A stretch of DNA of 64,000 nucleotides, from NCBI GenBank assembly GCA_013265495.1, contig MU058065.1, positions 1,586,364-1,650,363 on the forward strand, written 5' to 3'. Positions 8,964 through 21,528 of this stretch are shown piece after piece. Position 1 is the stretch's first letter. Every line of letters begins with the position of its first letter. The stretch comes from Vicugna vicugna (Eukaryota). Made by a program: the position numbers and the translations under genes. Below the pieces are notes generated by a model. That model worked only from the letters and a program-made list of their open reading frames with translations. It ran no database searches and was not told the DNA's origin.

Positions 8964-11900
8964 ATTTGACCTGTTAGTTGGCTAGTGTGACTGTTAAAGT
9001 ACTAAAATAGTATCAGAGTTTAAGCTGGTGGCTACTTTTATCACAGGCTTCATATAAATTAATCTAAAATTCCCAGCAGTTGGCTCGAAGGCATTCATTT
9101 CCCTGGTGTCAGGGAGACTTGTAATTGGGTTGTGATGTATTTTTAATGATATTTATTACCTTCCAAGTGTTTCTAGAAAACTAAATGAGACATGTAATTT
9201 AATTTGATTTCAATCTTCTTGAACATTTTCTACTTCTTTACAAGTACCAGCGTTAGGCAAGGAAGCAACTTTTTTTTTTTATTTGCTACACAGAAATGAG
9301 TGAATTTTGACATGCTCCTAAGAGATTTATGTGATCAAATTGCCTTTGAAAAAGAAAACAAGATTGAAAAGATTTTAAATTCAATTTGAAAGTATTTATT
9401 TATATCAGCTATAAAGCTCTTTGGGTCCTTGATTTTCCCAATGAAATTAAGGGTTAGTAAACTAGAATATCCTGATTTTTCTAACCATAATGTTTGTGTT
9501 GAATATGATGACGAATCATCCTTTATATTTGCAAAGAACTTGATAATTTACCAAGTTTGACCTGCTTTATTTCACTGAAATGGACTAAGACATTGAAAGA
9601 GTTACTATTGGCTGATTTCTTCCAAGCTCTATGTCCGTTTTTGTTACCAAGGGAACCGTTTCCAAATTCAGCTTAATCTGAGCTTGCCCAGCTGTGCAGT
9701 CCTTAACTTTGATTTAGCTGGTGTTTTTCCATTCTCATGAAAATGTGTGGTTAAAGACGGAGAGAGGGTTACAGGGTTACCATAAGATGGCTTATTCCTT
9801 CCTTAATCATTTCCTTTTTGGTGAGAAAAGCTAGTCTTGTTTTCTGAAGCTCAGACATTTGAGCGGTTGTCCAGTGGAACTCCCTTTGATGAAAGGCTGC
9901 ATTAAACCTGTCATACGACCACAGGCTGACAGCTGTGGCCGTGGAGCCAGCTGTCCCGGCTCTCGGCAATTTTCTTGTTTGTTTTAAACACAAATAGTGT
10001 GGAAGTTGGTCCCATTCCAGTTGCACTAAGGCCAAAGGGTCCTGGATGAAGTTAAGGTCTAAAGAATCCATGGGTCATTTAGACCATTTATTTCCCTTAA
10101 GGAATATAAACAGTTATCTTGATAGCAGTGAAATTAATTAGCAGCTGTGTTGTTTCTAGTTTATTCTGGAGACCTTGAGATTGGTGTCTTCTGTTTTTAG
10201 GGTCTGTCTAAAGACCCCATAGATCCTCACTGTTAGCGATTTGTTTGTCGATATGTCAGGATGTGAAGCGAATGTTTAAATAATTGCCGTGGCATGCCCT
10301 TCTAGAGCCTTCTGTATTGGTCCTGAAGTAAACACCTATTTTTATTTGTCTTTCTGGGTCACTAACCGGAATGCATAATTTTGTAAACTGCCAGAGATAC
10401 TCAGATATAGAGTTACTTCTGTTACAAATGCTCAGATTGGAATAAAGATTCAGATATCTGAAAGTGGCAGGGGCGACTGAGGACATCTCACCCGCCATTC
10501 CAGGAGGCACTGCATGTAACAGAAAAAATACAAAACATCCCAAAGGTAGGGGGAAAGGCTCTTTGCATAATAATGTTTCTTGAAAAGATCAGATTTCTTT
10601 GAAAAGGAGAACCAAGAGCAACTAGTTCAGATCGATGAACTAGAGTAACCCTAATGCTGAGTAACCAAGTCTTGACTCCCTAATTACACTGATATGTACA
10701 GCACAAATTCGTGGCCCCAAAGATGAGGGGTTGACTGTAGAGATTGTTCGCCATTTCTTGTCCCATCAAACCCTTTTCCTGACTAGTCCTCAGCAGTCCT
10801 ATTAACTCCCCGTTGCCAACAGACTCGACTTGCATGTTAGAGCTACCGAAAGACATTCGAATCTACAACTGTGATTGTCGCCTAGATATTTATCGTGGCA
10901 AAGCTAATGAGTTTAATACTAAACTAACCCTCAAATTAATCCTCTTCTTTTGATTGGAAGGTATAAATATAGGAAAATATTTTCTAGGCTGGTTTCTCAA
11001 GGAAAATAAGAGACCGAATTTCAAAGTCACTTGCATTTGCTGATAGACATAATGAAGTAGTTTGCCTGCCTTCTTGCTATGAGGCAGAGAGCAGCCTGAC
11101 TTGATTCAGGAGATGCACGGAGGAGATGCTGCCTCTTGGTTAATTTCAGTGCTTTCCCTTGTATTATTACCTCATTTGCCTCCAGTAGAATCACTAGTTA
11201 TCAAGGTTTGTTTGTTTTTTTTTTTTTAAGGAAATTTAGATAATGTAAAAGCATGTAGGACAGTTTCTGGCACATGAAGAATTTAGTATCTGGTCGGTTT
11301 GACTGGTCGGTTGGCTTGACTTGGCATTGGGATATACTTTTGGGTAAACGTGTGGTATTTTTCAGTCATTTTCAAGTAAAGAGAAATCTTTATTTGTCTG
11401 GTTTTGGGTGGTTCGCCAAACACCCTCACATACTTCTCTCTGAAACTTAAAACGACACTGCTGTGAGAAGGAAGTTGCTCTTTGACTCACTTGAGTCAAT
11501 CTCACTAAGTCTCAACTTGAATGATTCGCCAGGTTAACTTGCAGGTAGGTGAAAAACCCTGGACTTCCAACTAGAGATTTTGACTTCTAATCCTTTGCAA
11601 ATGTGGCCAATGCACAAAGGTGCTTAAGTAACTACCAGATGTTTACGGTTCCCTGCAGAGCTCAAAATACCTTCGTTAATAAATTGCTAATAGTTCTTCC
11701 CTTTTTTGCTGACATTAGCATCTAGAGCCAACAAATACATAATCTATAATTATTTACCCTAGTCTCTTTTCTCCAGTGTTTTATTTATCTTTTTTAACTG
11801 CTTGAAATTGTTAGTGGTTGAACTTTCATGTGCTTTTCTAGGTTCCCTCTTTGGAGGATTTTCAAAGGATAAACAGTTTTAAAATCAAACAACCCAGTGT

Positions 11901-13014
11901 TTCCATGGAGGCATGAGAGTTTTGAAAGACCGAGTGCATTTTTTACCATGATGGGAGAAATATATGTTCATTGGAAACGATTTGGAAAATGCAAAATAGC
12001 AAAATCCTAAGTATCGTAGTGCCATCTAAATACAATTGAAAATATGTGGAGATATATTTCTAATGTTTTCTTTAAATTTTTAAAACCTTGTGCAGTTATT
12101 CCACGCACAATATGTATCCCCACTTTTACTTAACAATAACACATAAGCAATTTTGCTTGTTATTACGAACTTAAAACTCAGTTTTAAAGAGCATATATTG
12201 TTTCTTATAATGAATGTGTCATAATTGCCTAATCATTCCTTGTCTTTAATAATTCATTGTTTCCCATTTTTAGCTATCCTTGTCCTTCAAACCTCACTAC
12301 CCCTCAGAGATCTAGGTATTCTGGACTCAAACTCTACTGTCATAATATGTGTGAATCTGGAACCATTGCAGGATGAATTTGACCTCCTGCCCTCCCTCCT
12401 TTCATTGTCTCTCCTTTTGTAGACAGGAAATGCTTGCCGTCTTGATCATGGACCCCAACCTCCTCACATTTTCCCACAAAAGCCAAGCTCATGCAAAATG
12501 TTAGGCGTTAACTAACTTTACTGAATATTTGAAGAGTTCGAAGGAGGAATCATGGCATGTCCTATGCAATTATTCATTGATTTTATCCCAACTCCTATCC
12601 TGTTTTCAGTGTCCTTCCCAAAGCTCATTAAGGCATGAAGCCTTTCTCCATTGCACACAATTTTTGGAAAATATAAATCACTTTTTGTGAGCAACAGCTC
12701 TAGTGTCTTCACTTTTTAGATACAGCGCCCACCAGCCCAACTGCTTACTTATCTCTCTTGGATTAAGGTGAATATATTTTCTTCATCTTGTTACAAAGAT
12801 AATGTTGCAAAGATATCCTTGTATAAATCTTGGATAATCTGTGTGATTGTTACTTTAAAACAGAGTCCCAGAAAAGGAATTCCTGGATGAAAGGATATAA
12901 ACTTATTTACTCAACAAATATCTATACAGCTCTTTGTACATATTAAATTTATAATACAGGTGCTTTAAATCCATGACTAGTAAAAATCTAAAACTCACAG
13001 CCTTTATCTGTTAA

Positions 13015-13222
13015 CACTTATGTAATGAGTATTATGGGTATAGTGTTCTAAGAGCATAACAAATATTATCTCATTTAATCCTATGACATAGCTCTTACTA
13101 AGATGTCCATTTTACAGATTGGAAAACTAAGGCACAGAGATTCTAACTAACATGCCCAAAGTTGCATAACCCAAAAGTAGCAATGCCAGGACTAGAAGCC
13201 CAGGAATTCTGGTTCTAGAGTA
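13015..13222 (-). mobile_element. MIR SINE
   Basis: attatctcatttaatcct..ccattttacagattggaaaactaaggcacagaga..tgcccaaagttgcata..gccaggactagaagcccagg. Confidence 0.85.
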
Positions 13223-16200
13223 CATGTTACACTGTCTGTTCCATCTCAACATAGAAAACCTATAATCACACTCTTGCTTTATTTTGGACTTCCCTGAAAC
13301 AAAGCTGGATAGTCTAGGTTATTTTTCAGTTAGATTCTGAAGAGACATCTAGGTTGATCATTTAGTCATTTGATTTTTTTCAGTGTACATGCTCCTCATG
13401 CTTAGATCTTTAGTGTCATCTCTTCACCCATTTGATTTTGAGTTATAACAATAAAAACTAATACAGATCTTTGTATGGAATACTGTGTTCTTGAAATTGG
13501 AATCTTTAGCTAAGATGTGGACATTCTGCTCGCTTCAGACCCAGTAAATGGTTCCTGGCAGCCCTGGCTGTTACCAAGATGGCAGTTTCACCAACTCCAG
13601 GGTTTAGACTTGGAAGAAAGCATTTGTTTTTGTGACTGGAGTCCATTCTTCTGTTGTGAAGTCAAATTGAAAGAGCTGTGGATTTGGGGAAGTAGATCAA
13701 ACAAATCTCTTAATACTGTATAAGAAGAATAGCCCTGTTACCCCTGTGGTGCAACACCAGCCCTGCCGCATAATAACAGAGGCTGGTGGGTGCCTTTTCC
13801 CATGCCTGGAGTGATTTTAGAACAGCTAATGAAATTCATTACTCATCTAAGAGAAAAAGAGTAAGAGTAAAAAGCACTGTAAAAATCCAGGCCAATCCAG
13901 GGTAATCTTGGCACATGCCTTATCCCAGTTGGGGCATTTCCAAAAGAAAGAGGCACATTAAATTCAGGAGGGACAATCCAACCGTTGTAAAGCTGTAAAT
14001 CAATGCTGCTCAGTTCCCAGTTTTACCCGACGTCTCTAGAAGGAGCAGGAGTGAGAAATTAACCAATCCCATCGTCATTGTGGACATCTGTCTCTTTAAC
14101 CAAAACGCGGAGCAGACAGTTCTGTTGCTCCAGAGAGAGCTACCGGTTGCCTAGCCTGGATTCTCACCATCACCGATGCAGAAGACCTTCTTGGCAAGCG
14201 TCGCCAAATCCCAGGCTCTAGGTGCTAGGGAAGATCTTGTTATTTTTATTTACAAAGCTCATATTCACAAAATTATGAAATATTGACTATCTTGAATGTT
14301 GGGCATCGATTAACAAATTCCCTGGAGAGACAGAACTTTACTAATGTGTCTTCCAGAGATCAAGCCTTAAGAAATTATATGAAGCAGATCTGCTAGGTTT
14401 TGCAGCCCCATGTCAAAATAACCTCAGTGCCACATTTTTAAACAGGAGAGGCTTGATAAATGTCTTTCATTAATCGGTGGGAATGTCATAGCCCGAAATG
14501 AGAAAAGGAAAACATGGCTTTCAACAGGTGCTTACAAGCCATGGCAATTATTACATATGTCAAGGAGAGCTTAGGATTTACTTTTCCAATGGTTTTGTTA
14601 GTAACCCGTGACTTGTGAGCTCTGATTTTCCTATTGTGCTAATATAGGTGGGATTCATTTTAGGTGGAGTTTGGCTCTAGTACAAAGTCGTCTTTGAGGG
14701 TCTCCTTGACTTGGGCTTGTTTATTCACACTCAAGTTTTGATTAACGGGAGAGCAATTTTAAATGATAGTGAGAACAAGATTGCAGAAGGCCTTTGAAAA
14801 CATCCCTATGTCATCTGCCTTAAAAACCAATGAATTGCAAGTAAGCCACATTCTCACACTCCTCTTCATGTTGGTGCGAAGAAGGGGCAGAAAAGGGAAA
14901 GTGTCAGAAGTAACATCAGGGGCTGTTGGCATCATACACTTGAGCTGAGGAAACAGTGAGGGAAGAGGGTGTGACCAACCGACTCCATGGCAGAGATGAG
15001 AGCTTCCTGATGGTTTTACAAGACATTGTGTTTTATTCGCTCCGTTCCATACACAAACACAATATTAGGGACAAGAAAGGAGGTTCCAGAATAAGCCAAA
15101 TGTAAGGCTTATCAGGACCGCTGGTAACACAAGTGTGTGACATTGCAGGGTAAGAGGTGACAGGCTGCTGAAGTCTGCTGCTGAGCTGGGGTGGAATTGC
15201 CACTACTCAGAGACATTCAAAGCCAACTAAACATAAAAGGAAAAAAGTGTTTGCGCCAAGTCAAACATCTGGAGCATGCATTTGCTTCTTGAGCTATCAA
15301 TCTGTGCTCCTTGAAATTAATCTTTGCCTGGGAAAACAGGGAATTGGAACTTTAAAAAGTTTATAATAGAAAATCATATCAAAAGGCAGGGAAGAGATGC
15401 AAGAAGGACTTCAAAAAGATCGTGCATCATCGCATAGTGTCTCTGGCTTCTACTTCAACATATTGAACATTTCAAAGCTTTCCCTAGACAGATTATCTTG
15501 GACAACTAAATTTTTTCTTTTCTCCAAATATTGCATGAAGTCCTATATATTTATTTGTTAAATCTAGCAAATTTACTTGAAGGGCCCTTCCAGAGAGAAT
15601 ATTCACCTTTCATCATCCTCAATTTAATGAACATTTGTAAAATGGGTTGGTTTTTGTTTTGTTTTAATGCAGAAAGTACATGGAAACCCTTATGGTTGGT
15701 CCACTGTGTTACATTTTGGGTTTTTTGTTTTTTGGAAAAGACATTTACTGCCCCTTTGAAGAGCCCATTAGCAATTATTAAAATGTTAGTGATAGTTCCT
15801 TGGAGTTATACCAGCAGAGAGATCTTCCAAAGAAGGCTTTATAAATGGAAGCTAAATCTGTGTGCTTTTCAGAGTGGAGAGCGGCAGGGTTGGTGCGAAG
15901 GTATCTGTTGATGTCATTGACACAAGCAAGAAAAAAAAATGTACTTCCATTTCTGAGATCCCTTTAGCCTCCAAATTTCATGATGACCACTCCAGCTTCC
16001 AAGAGCCCCCTCCAATAACTAAATAATCCAAACAACCATCCTCCCTTGCTTTTTTTTTTTTTTTTAAGGTTTCGTGAATGCTTTGTCCAGGGGCCAAGGG
16101 AACTCAGACTGCGTCCTCGGTTTTCTGTTTTGTAATGTTTTAGTCTTTATGCTGGACCCCGTCTTTCTCGCTTTGAGTTCTGTATGTGTGGAGTAGACAC

Positions 16201-16945
16201 ATCAACCTAGAATGAGACCGCCAGCCTTCCCCCATTGACCTTCACCTTTTGGGCAGCTTCTTTGAGGGAAGTGCCTTTGCCTTTGGCTTTGAGATCTTAA
16301 TGTGATGAGATTATCTGGTTCTTTTTTTTTCAGACTCTTCTCCATCTTCACCACCCTGTGTCCATAATAGTTGTGTTGTTCAGTTCTGTTAATTAGCCAG
16401 CTTATCTCTGTAGCAGGAGAGAGGCTCAGAGCCAAGCAGTTAATCCTGACACAGGATCCATGTTTCAGTGACAACTCAGACAGTCTGTGATACTTTGATT
16501 GCTAGCGGGAAGCCAACATTTTGAAATAGAACCGAGTAGACCTCACAAAGAAGTATCTAATTCACCAAAAATGATGATCATCATCCTAATACTAGAGCAC
16601 GTAAGCAGAAGGCCTTTTCTCACATTGACGAAGATCAAGTTTACCAAACATCTGCTCTACGGATGTGACGGGGCTGAGGACCATGTGCACTGGGGGCTCG
16701 GTGCCGACAGCTTGAATTACTGAGTGAGCTGTAGGGTGCTTCAGTATCTTCTCATGTTATTTCAGATCTGGAAATAATAGCTATGTGGCCTTGCCCCAGA
16801 TGCCTGGAGTCACCGTGACTCCCTTGGTAGGCCTGCACGATGTCGAAGCCTTGATAATTCTAAGAAATGAAATCCAACCAGACATAGAGAAGAAGCAAAA
16901 GTCTATGTGTCTGTGGTTTTAATATGATATTTTATTTTTCTACAG

Positions 16946-17065
16946 CAAGAAAAGCCCAGGCTGATCGAGCCTTTGGATTATGAAACTGTCATTGAAGAAC
17001 TTGAAAAGACCTATCAGAATCATGCCCTCCGAGACCTCCTGTTCTTCCCCAGTGACGACTTCTCA
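16946..17065 (+). CDS. DOCK10: DOCK10 exon 2, 40 aa: QEKPRLIEPLDYETVIEELEKTYQNHALRDLLFFPSDDFS
   Basis: Polypyrimidine tract plus tacAG acceptor, donor TCA|GTAAGT, 120 nt, phase 0/0. Contains the EPLDYE..DLLFFPSDDF N-terminal signature of DOCK-C/D proteins. Confidence 0.97.
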
Positions 17066-18884
17066 GTAAGTGTTGTCTTCTCAAGCCATCTGAGTTCAGG
17101 GGGGCCCCACAGGATGATCTTCCTGAATTGGGTTGCTGTCTTTGGGGAGCTCAGCCCTCTGCCTGTGGTCACCTACATCACTATCCACATCCAGCAATAG
17201 AAAGTGCCCAAGGGTCTTCTAGAGGTGGAAGATTGGCAGCTAAGTGACACAGTGGCCACTGGGGATGGGACGGCCATGGGATGCTGCCTGGTCCCACGTG
17301 GTACTTGTGTCCCTGCCAATATCTTTACCTGGCCTCACAGAGCACTTCCTCCCTCAGGCCATTTCTAACTGAAAGCTTCCAAGCAACTGAAACCAACCGA
17401 TGGCAGAGGTGGGAAACTTTTGGCACCAAAGGTGCAATTCTCAGAAATCACCCTTAATCTTGTCCTTTAATACAGCCATGTTGAGCCTTGTGGGCAAAGA
17501 GAGGCAGGCAAACACATCTTCGTGGGAGGGCTTGTGACCTGAGATATACCCACTTTAGGTCGAGGCTCACTGGCACACAGATGCTCCTGAGGGTAGTCAA
17601 GGGAATGAGTAAAAAGGAATTCGTTATGGAGACAAACTCAGTAAAGTCATGGATGGTGAGCGCCGTGTGTCCCAAACATTCCATCTGTGGTCATATGAAA
17701 CGTGTTCAAATTGTTAGTGAATATCTACATAAACAGAGATCTCAGTGGGCAGCTGGTAATCTTTCCTTTTTTTTTTTTCTTTTCTAAAAGAATGGTAGTC
17801 TCAGACATCACAAACATGAGCATCTTAAAGCAGGTGAAAAGGCAGCTCCAAGGTAGCCACTGGAACATGAAATAACCGTTGTCTGTGGAAACCACTGTTG
17901 AGCTGCTGGGGCCTCAGGACTTTCAGTTCCTGAAACAGCCTCAAACTTCCATTCCCTCTCTTATTTGGGGGCACATCTGGCTTCTGGCTTCTAAAGGTTC
18001 ATTTGTTTCACCTTTCTCCCTGAATTAATAAAAAAGGAGGTATATGGAAGTCAACAATTTTTCTGTTCCAAGTACAAAGAATGATGGAAGGTAGGAGACA
18101 GATTTGTAAGTAGGAGAAAAGAAACTCTTCCAATCTGCTTCTCAGATTTTTAAGTGGCTCTCACTTTAGCATTTGACACACTCTAAGAGAGAAGTATCTC
18201 AGGCAGAAACCTCATTTCCTTGGTTGGACCAAGCCACTGGGGTTGAACTGCAAGCACAAAGTTGAACTACGTTTTATTTTTTTTAATTCCACATCCTCAT
18301 TTTCCTTCAGACCAAAGGGTATACCTTGACCAACAGCCTCTTTCTGTCAAACAACACCAAAAAATTGGCACCTTTTCTTCTAGGTCTATTGTTCAGAAAT
18401 ATGTCAAAAGCCACTCCAAGTTCTCCCAGCCCAGGAAGAGAGTGGAGGCATGTAGATGGAATATAACGCTTGCACTGAATTTGAATTCAGTTTTTGGCAT
18501 CTTTTCACACTTGTGTAAGTTAAGGATGCTCTGATTACTCTATGTCCTTTGCTTTCCTTAATAGTATAAGTAGAGCATATAATAATATACTTCCTTATTT
18601 TCCTGATGCAATATTCCAGTAAATACCCTGAATCCTTTTATCTTGTGCTTACTTAAAACCTTTCGGTGGTCACCCCACGTTGCCTTCAAAATGATCAGCG
18701 AACACTGCAGCACTCCCTAAGGGCTTCTCCAAGGTCTGATCCTTGCCTGTCTCTCAAGGCCATGGTCTTCCTCCCCCACCCCACCTCCCACTCTATCATA
18801 CACAGTCACCCTCATTCCCAACTGGGGTAAAATACTAGCACAATTCTGAACATAACATTCTGTCACCCCTCAGACTGTGTCCTT

Positions 18885-19480
18885 CCTTTATTCACTCAAC
18901 AAACATCTAAGGCATTACACCAAATATTCAGTATTAATCTCAGAATGAAGAAGCAACAGTGATTAGAAACTACCTTGTTTTAGGAAAGCTTAACTTTTGG
19001 TAGGAGGAATCAGGCAAAAAAAATTAATTATTTAACAAGATAATTCAAATGAAGAACAGTTCTATGAGGAATGATCAGGGCCGTGTAATAGAAATAACGA
19101 GGGGAAGAACTGAGGTAGACTAGATGGTCAAGGAGCGCACCTCTGCTGAGCTGACATGGGAGCTGAGCTCTGAATTTCCACAGAGAACCAACCATGCTAA
19201 GGCCTGGGGGAGGAGGGAGGGTTTTAGGCTGCAGGGAGCTGTCACCAAGGCCCTGGAGAGCTCTGAGATTGAGGAGCGGTGTCAGAGGAACAGAGAGAGT
19301 GGTTGGAGTTGAGATCAGGCAAGGACAAGATAAGGCATTTGCATCTTATTTGAAAGGCCAGTAGCAAGTCACTGGAGTACGTCAAGAAGGGGAAGAAATG
19401 ACCTGGGGTACTTTACCAAAAGCTCATCTGGCCTCTGCATGGAGAACCCATCACAGAGTGTAGAGGAAGCTGGGAGACCA
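18885..19480 (-). mobile_element. L2 LINE fragment
   Basis: ttattcactcaacaaacat tail; tggtcaaggagcgcacctctgctgagctgacatgggagctgag; ggaagctgggagaccag. Confidence 0.65.
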
Positions 19481-19689
19481 GCAGGGTGCATAACTCCCAA
19501 TTAACAGGAGCTCAAGAGTATTTGACACCACCTTATTACCAGAAAATACCGTATTAGACAAAATGCTAAATTTTCATTTGCATCAAGCAATGTTTTGACA
19601 AAAAGATTGAATATTATTACCACATCAGGTTGCTAGCTTTTGAACAAAGTTCAGATGGTTTGTTTTTCCTCTTTCCTGCTCTACAGAGT

Positions 19690-20050
19690 CAGGGTTGACA
19701 AACTATAGCTCATGGTTGACCTGCTGCCTGATTCTGTACAACCCATGAACTAAGAATGGTTTTTATGTGTGTGTATGTGTGTTTTAATATGACCCTGTTT
19801 TATTTTCTTCATAGAACTGGTTAAATGTTTGAAGAAAAACATTATACCCATGAAAATTATATGAAATGCAGATTTTGGCATCCATGAGTAAAATTTTATT
19901 TGAACCCAGTGACACCCATCCATTCACCTGCCGTCAATGGTTGTTTTCATGGTGCAGTTGCAGAGTTACAACAGGGGTGTAGTAATTGCAGCAGAAAAAT
20001 CTTTTAAGGTTTTCTGTCTGACACTTTACAGAAGAAGTTTGGGGGCTCCT
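19690..20050 (+). mobile_element. MER58-like hAT-Charlie DNA transposon
   Basis: CAGGGTTGACAAACTATAGC..ctaagaatggttttta..catgaaaattatatgaaat..ctttacagaagaagtttg. Orientation nominal. Confidence 0.75.
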
Positions 20051-20739
20051 ACTACATGGCCCAACAACTTTCAGTTTTGTTTTTTTTTCCTTTCCCTCTG
20101 TGTGGGGTAAAGCCCTTCCTTCAATGCCCTCTGCCACTGTCTGCTCCATCCTCAGCCTGCATCACATTTCAGGGGTCTTGCTCACCAGCAGCCAGGCTGC
20201 TGTTCACCTGGCTAGTGTATCATTTCCCAGGTTCATCCTTGAGTGACAGGCAGGGATTCTCTGGGATGTGTGTGCATGATCTCCACTCATCTGATGGGAA
20301 GTGGTGATGGACCGACCACTCCCATCCCAAGACATCTCAGGATGGAAGCAGGGGGAGCAGCCCCATCTCCCCACCCTCCCTCCAGATGCCCTTAGTCCAG
20401 CTGTGCCCTACGGATTGAAGAATTCAGCTCACTTCTGTGTTTCCAAGTTACCAAGCACCCACACTTGCCTCCTACATGATTCATTCCTTGGTTTGTTTAA
20501 TCAATATTTATTCAGCACCCACGAGGTGCTGAATATAGAACAGCACTTCCCAGACAAGTGAGACTGACAAGAAAAGCAGAAGCCCTGTGTTTAAGGAGTG
20601 TGTGCCCTAATATGGATGAAAATTTAAGTTGATTTAAGGATGCTTAGGGTTAAGAAATAACAAGAAACAGGGGCTTCCTCTGGTCCTTGATACCCCTTAG
20701 AGGAGGTCATTCTTTTTGCCAAGGCAGCATTCCATTTAT

Positions 20740-21376
20740 GCTGCTGGCCCAAGCCCTCATCATCCTTTTTCGCCTGGATCCCCAGAAGTGGCCTTTAACC
20801 AGTCTTCCTCCCTCCTTCTTTGCCTTGCTTTGATTTATTCAGAGGACGCTCTTAGAGATACAGATCAGATCATGCCATGCCTCTAGTTCAAACTTTCCAG
20901 TGGTTTCCCTTTGCCTTTAGAGTCAAAGCCAGCTCCTCACCTGACTGCTGATGATCTCTGCGCCCTTACCTCTTGGCCCTGTGTCCCTTGGTCACTACCC
21001 GGATACCCAGCATTCCTTGTGTTCTCTGAGCTTCCCAAGCCCGCCCCTCTGTAGGGCCCTGCACAGCTGGTCCCTGTCTTTCATTCACGATTCAGTTCAG
21101 ATGCTGCCTCTTCCAAGAAGCGTCCCTGACATCCAGCCTCCATTACCCCACTCCCACCCTGTGTGACTCTGTCACATGCCCTTATCGGCTTCTCTTTAGA
21201 ACACTCATCACTACCTAGAAAGGTCTCGGTTTGCTTTTTCACTCCTGTCACTTGTTTCTCACCATCAGAGAGCCTCCTGCAGGGTGGGGATGTCCCTGTC
21301 TTGATCATTGCAAGATCCCCAGCATCTAGAACCGCACTTGGCACCAAGTAGGTGGGAAATGAGTATTTATTCCATG
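20740..21376 (+). mobile_element. L2 LINE 3' portion
   Basis: cagatcatgccatgcctctagttcaaactttccagtggtttccc..ccccagcatctagaaccgcacttggcaccaagtagg. Confidence 0.75.
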
Positions 21377-21426
21377 AGTTGTCCTTCAGACACATGTGGG
21401 TTGCTATTTTAGAATATAACTTTGAA

Positions 21427-21528
21427 GGGGAGGGTATAGCTCAGTGGTAGAGCACGTGCTTAGTATGCACGAGGTCCTGGGTTCAATCCCCAGTACCGCC
21501 ATTAAAAAAAAAAATCAAAAAAACAAAC
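21427..21528 (+). mobile_element. tRNA-Ala-derived SINE (camelid-type) with A-rich tail
   Basis: GGGGAGGGTATAGCTCAGTGGTAGAGCACGTGCTTAGTATGCACGAGGTCCTGGGTTCAATCCCCAGTACC, A box and B box intact, followed by an A-rich tail. Degenerate direct repeat agaatataact (21411) / agaatgtaact (21549). Confidence 0.88.

Noticed and set aside
16973..17200. ORF-track boundaries as the true CDS (also 56544..56789)
   Set aside because: They include intronic read-through; the splice sites define 16946-17065 and 56604-56726.
21430..21501. Functional tRNA-Thr(AGT) or tRNA-Ala gene
   Set aside because: Acceptor stem has two mismatches, an A-rich tail follows, there is no adjacent T-run terminator, and TSD-like flanks are present: a SINE.
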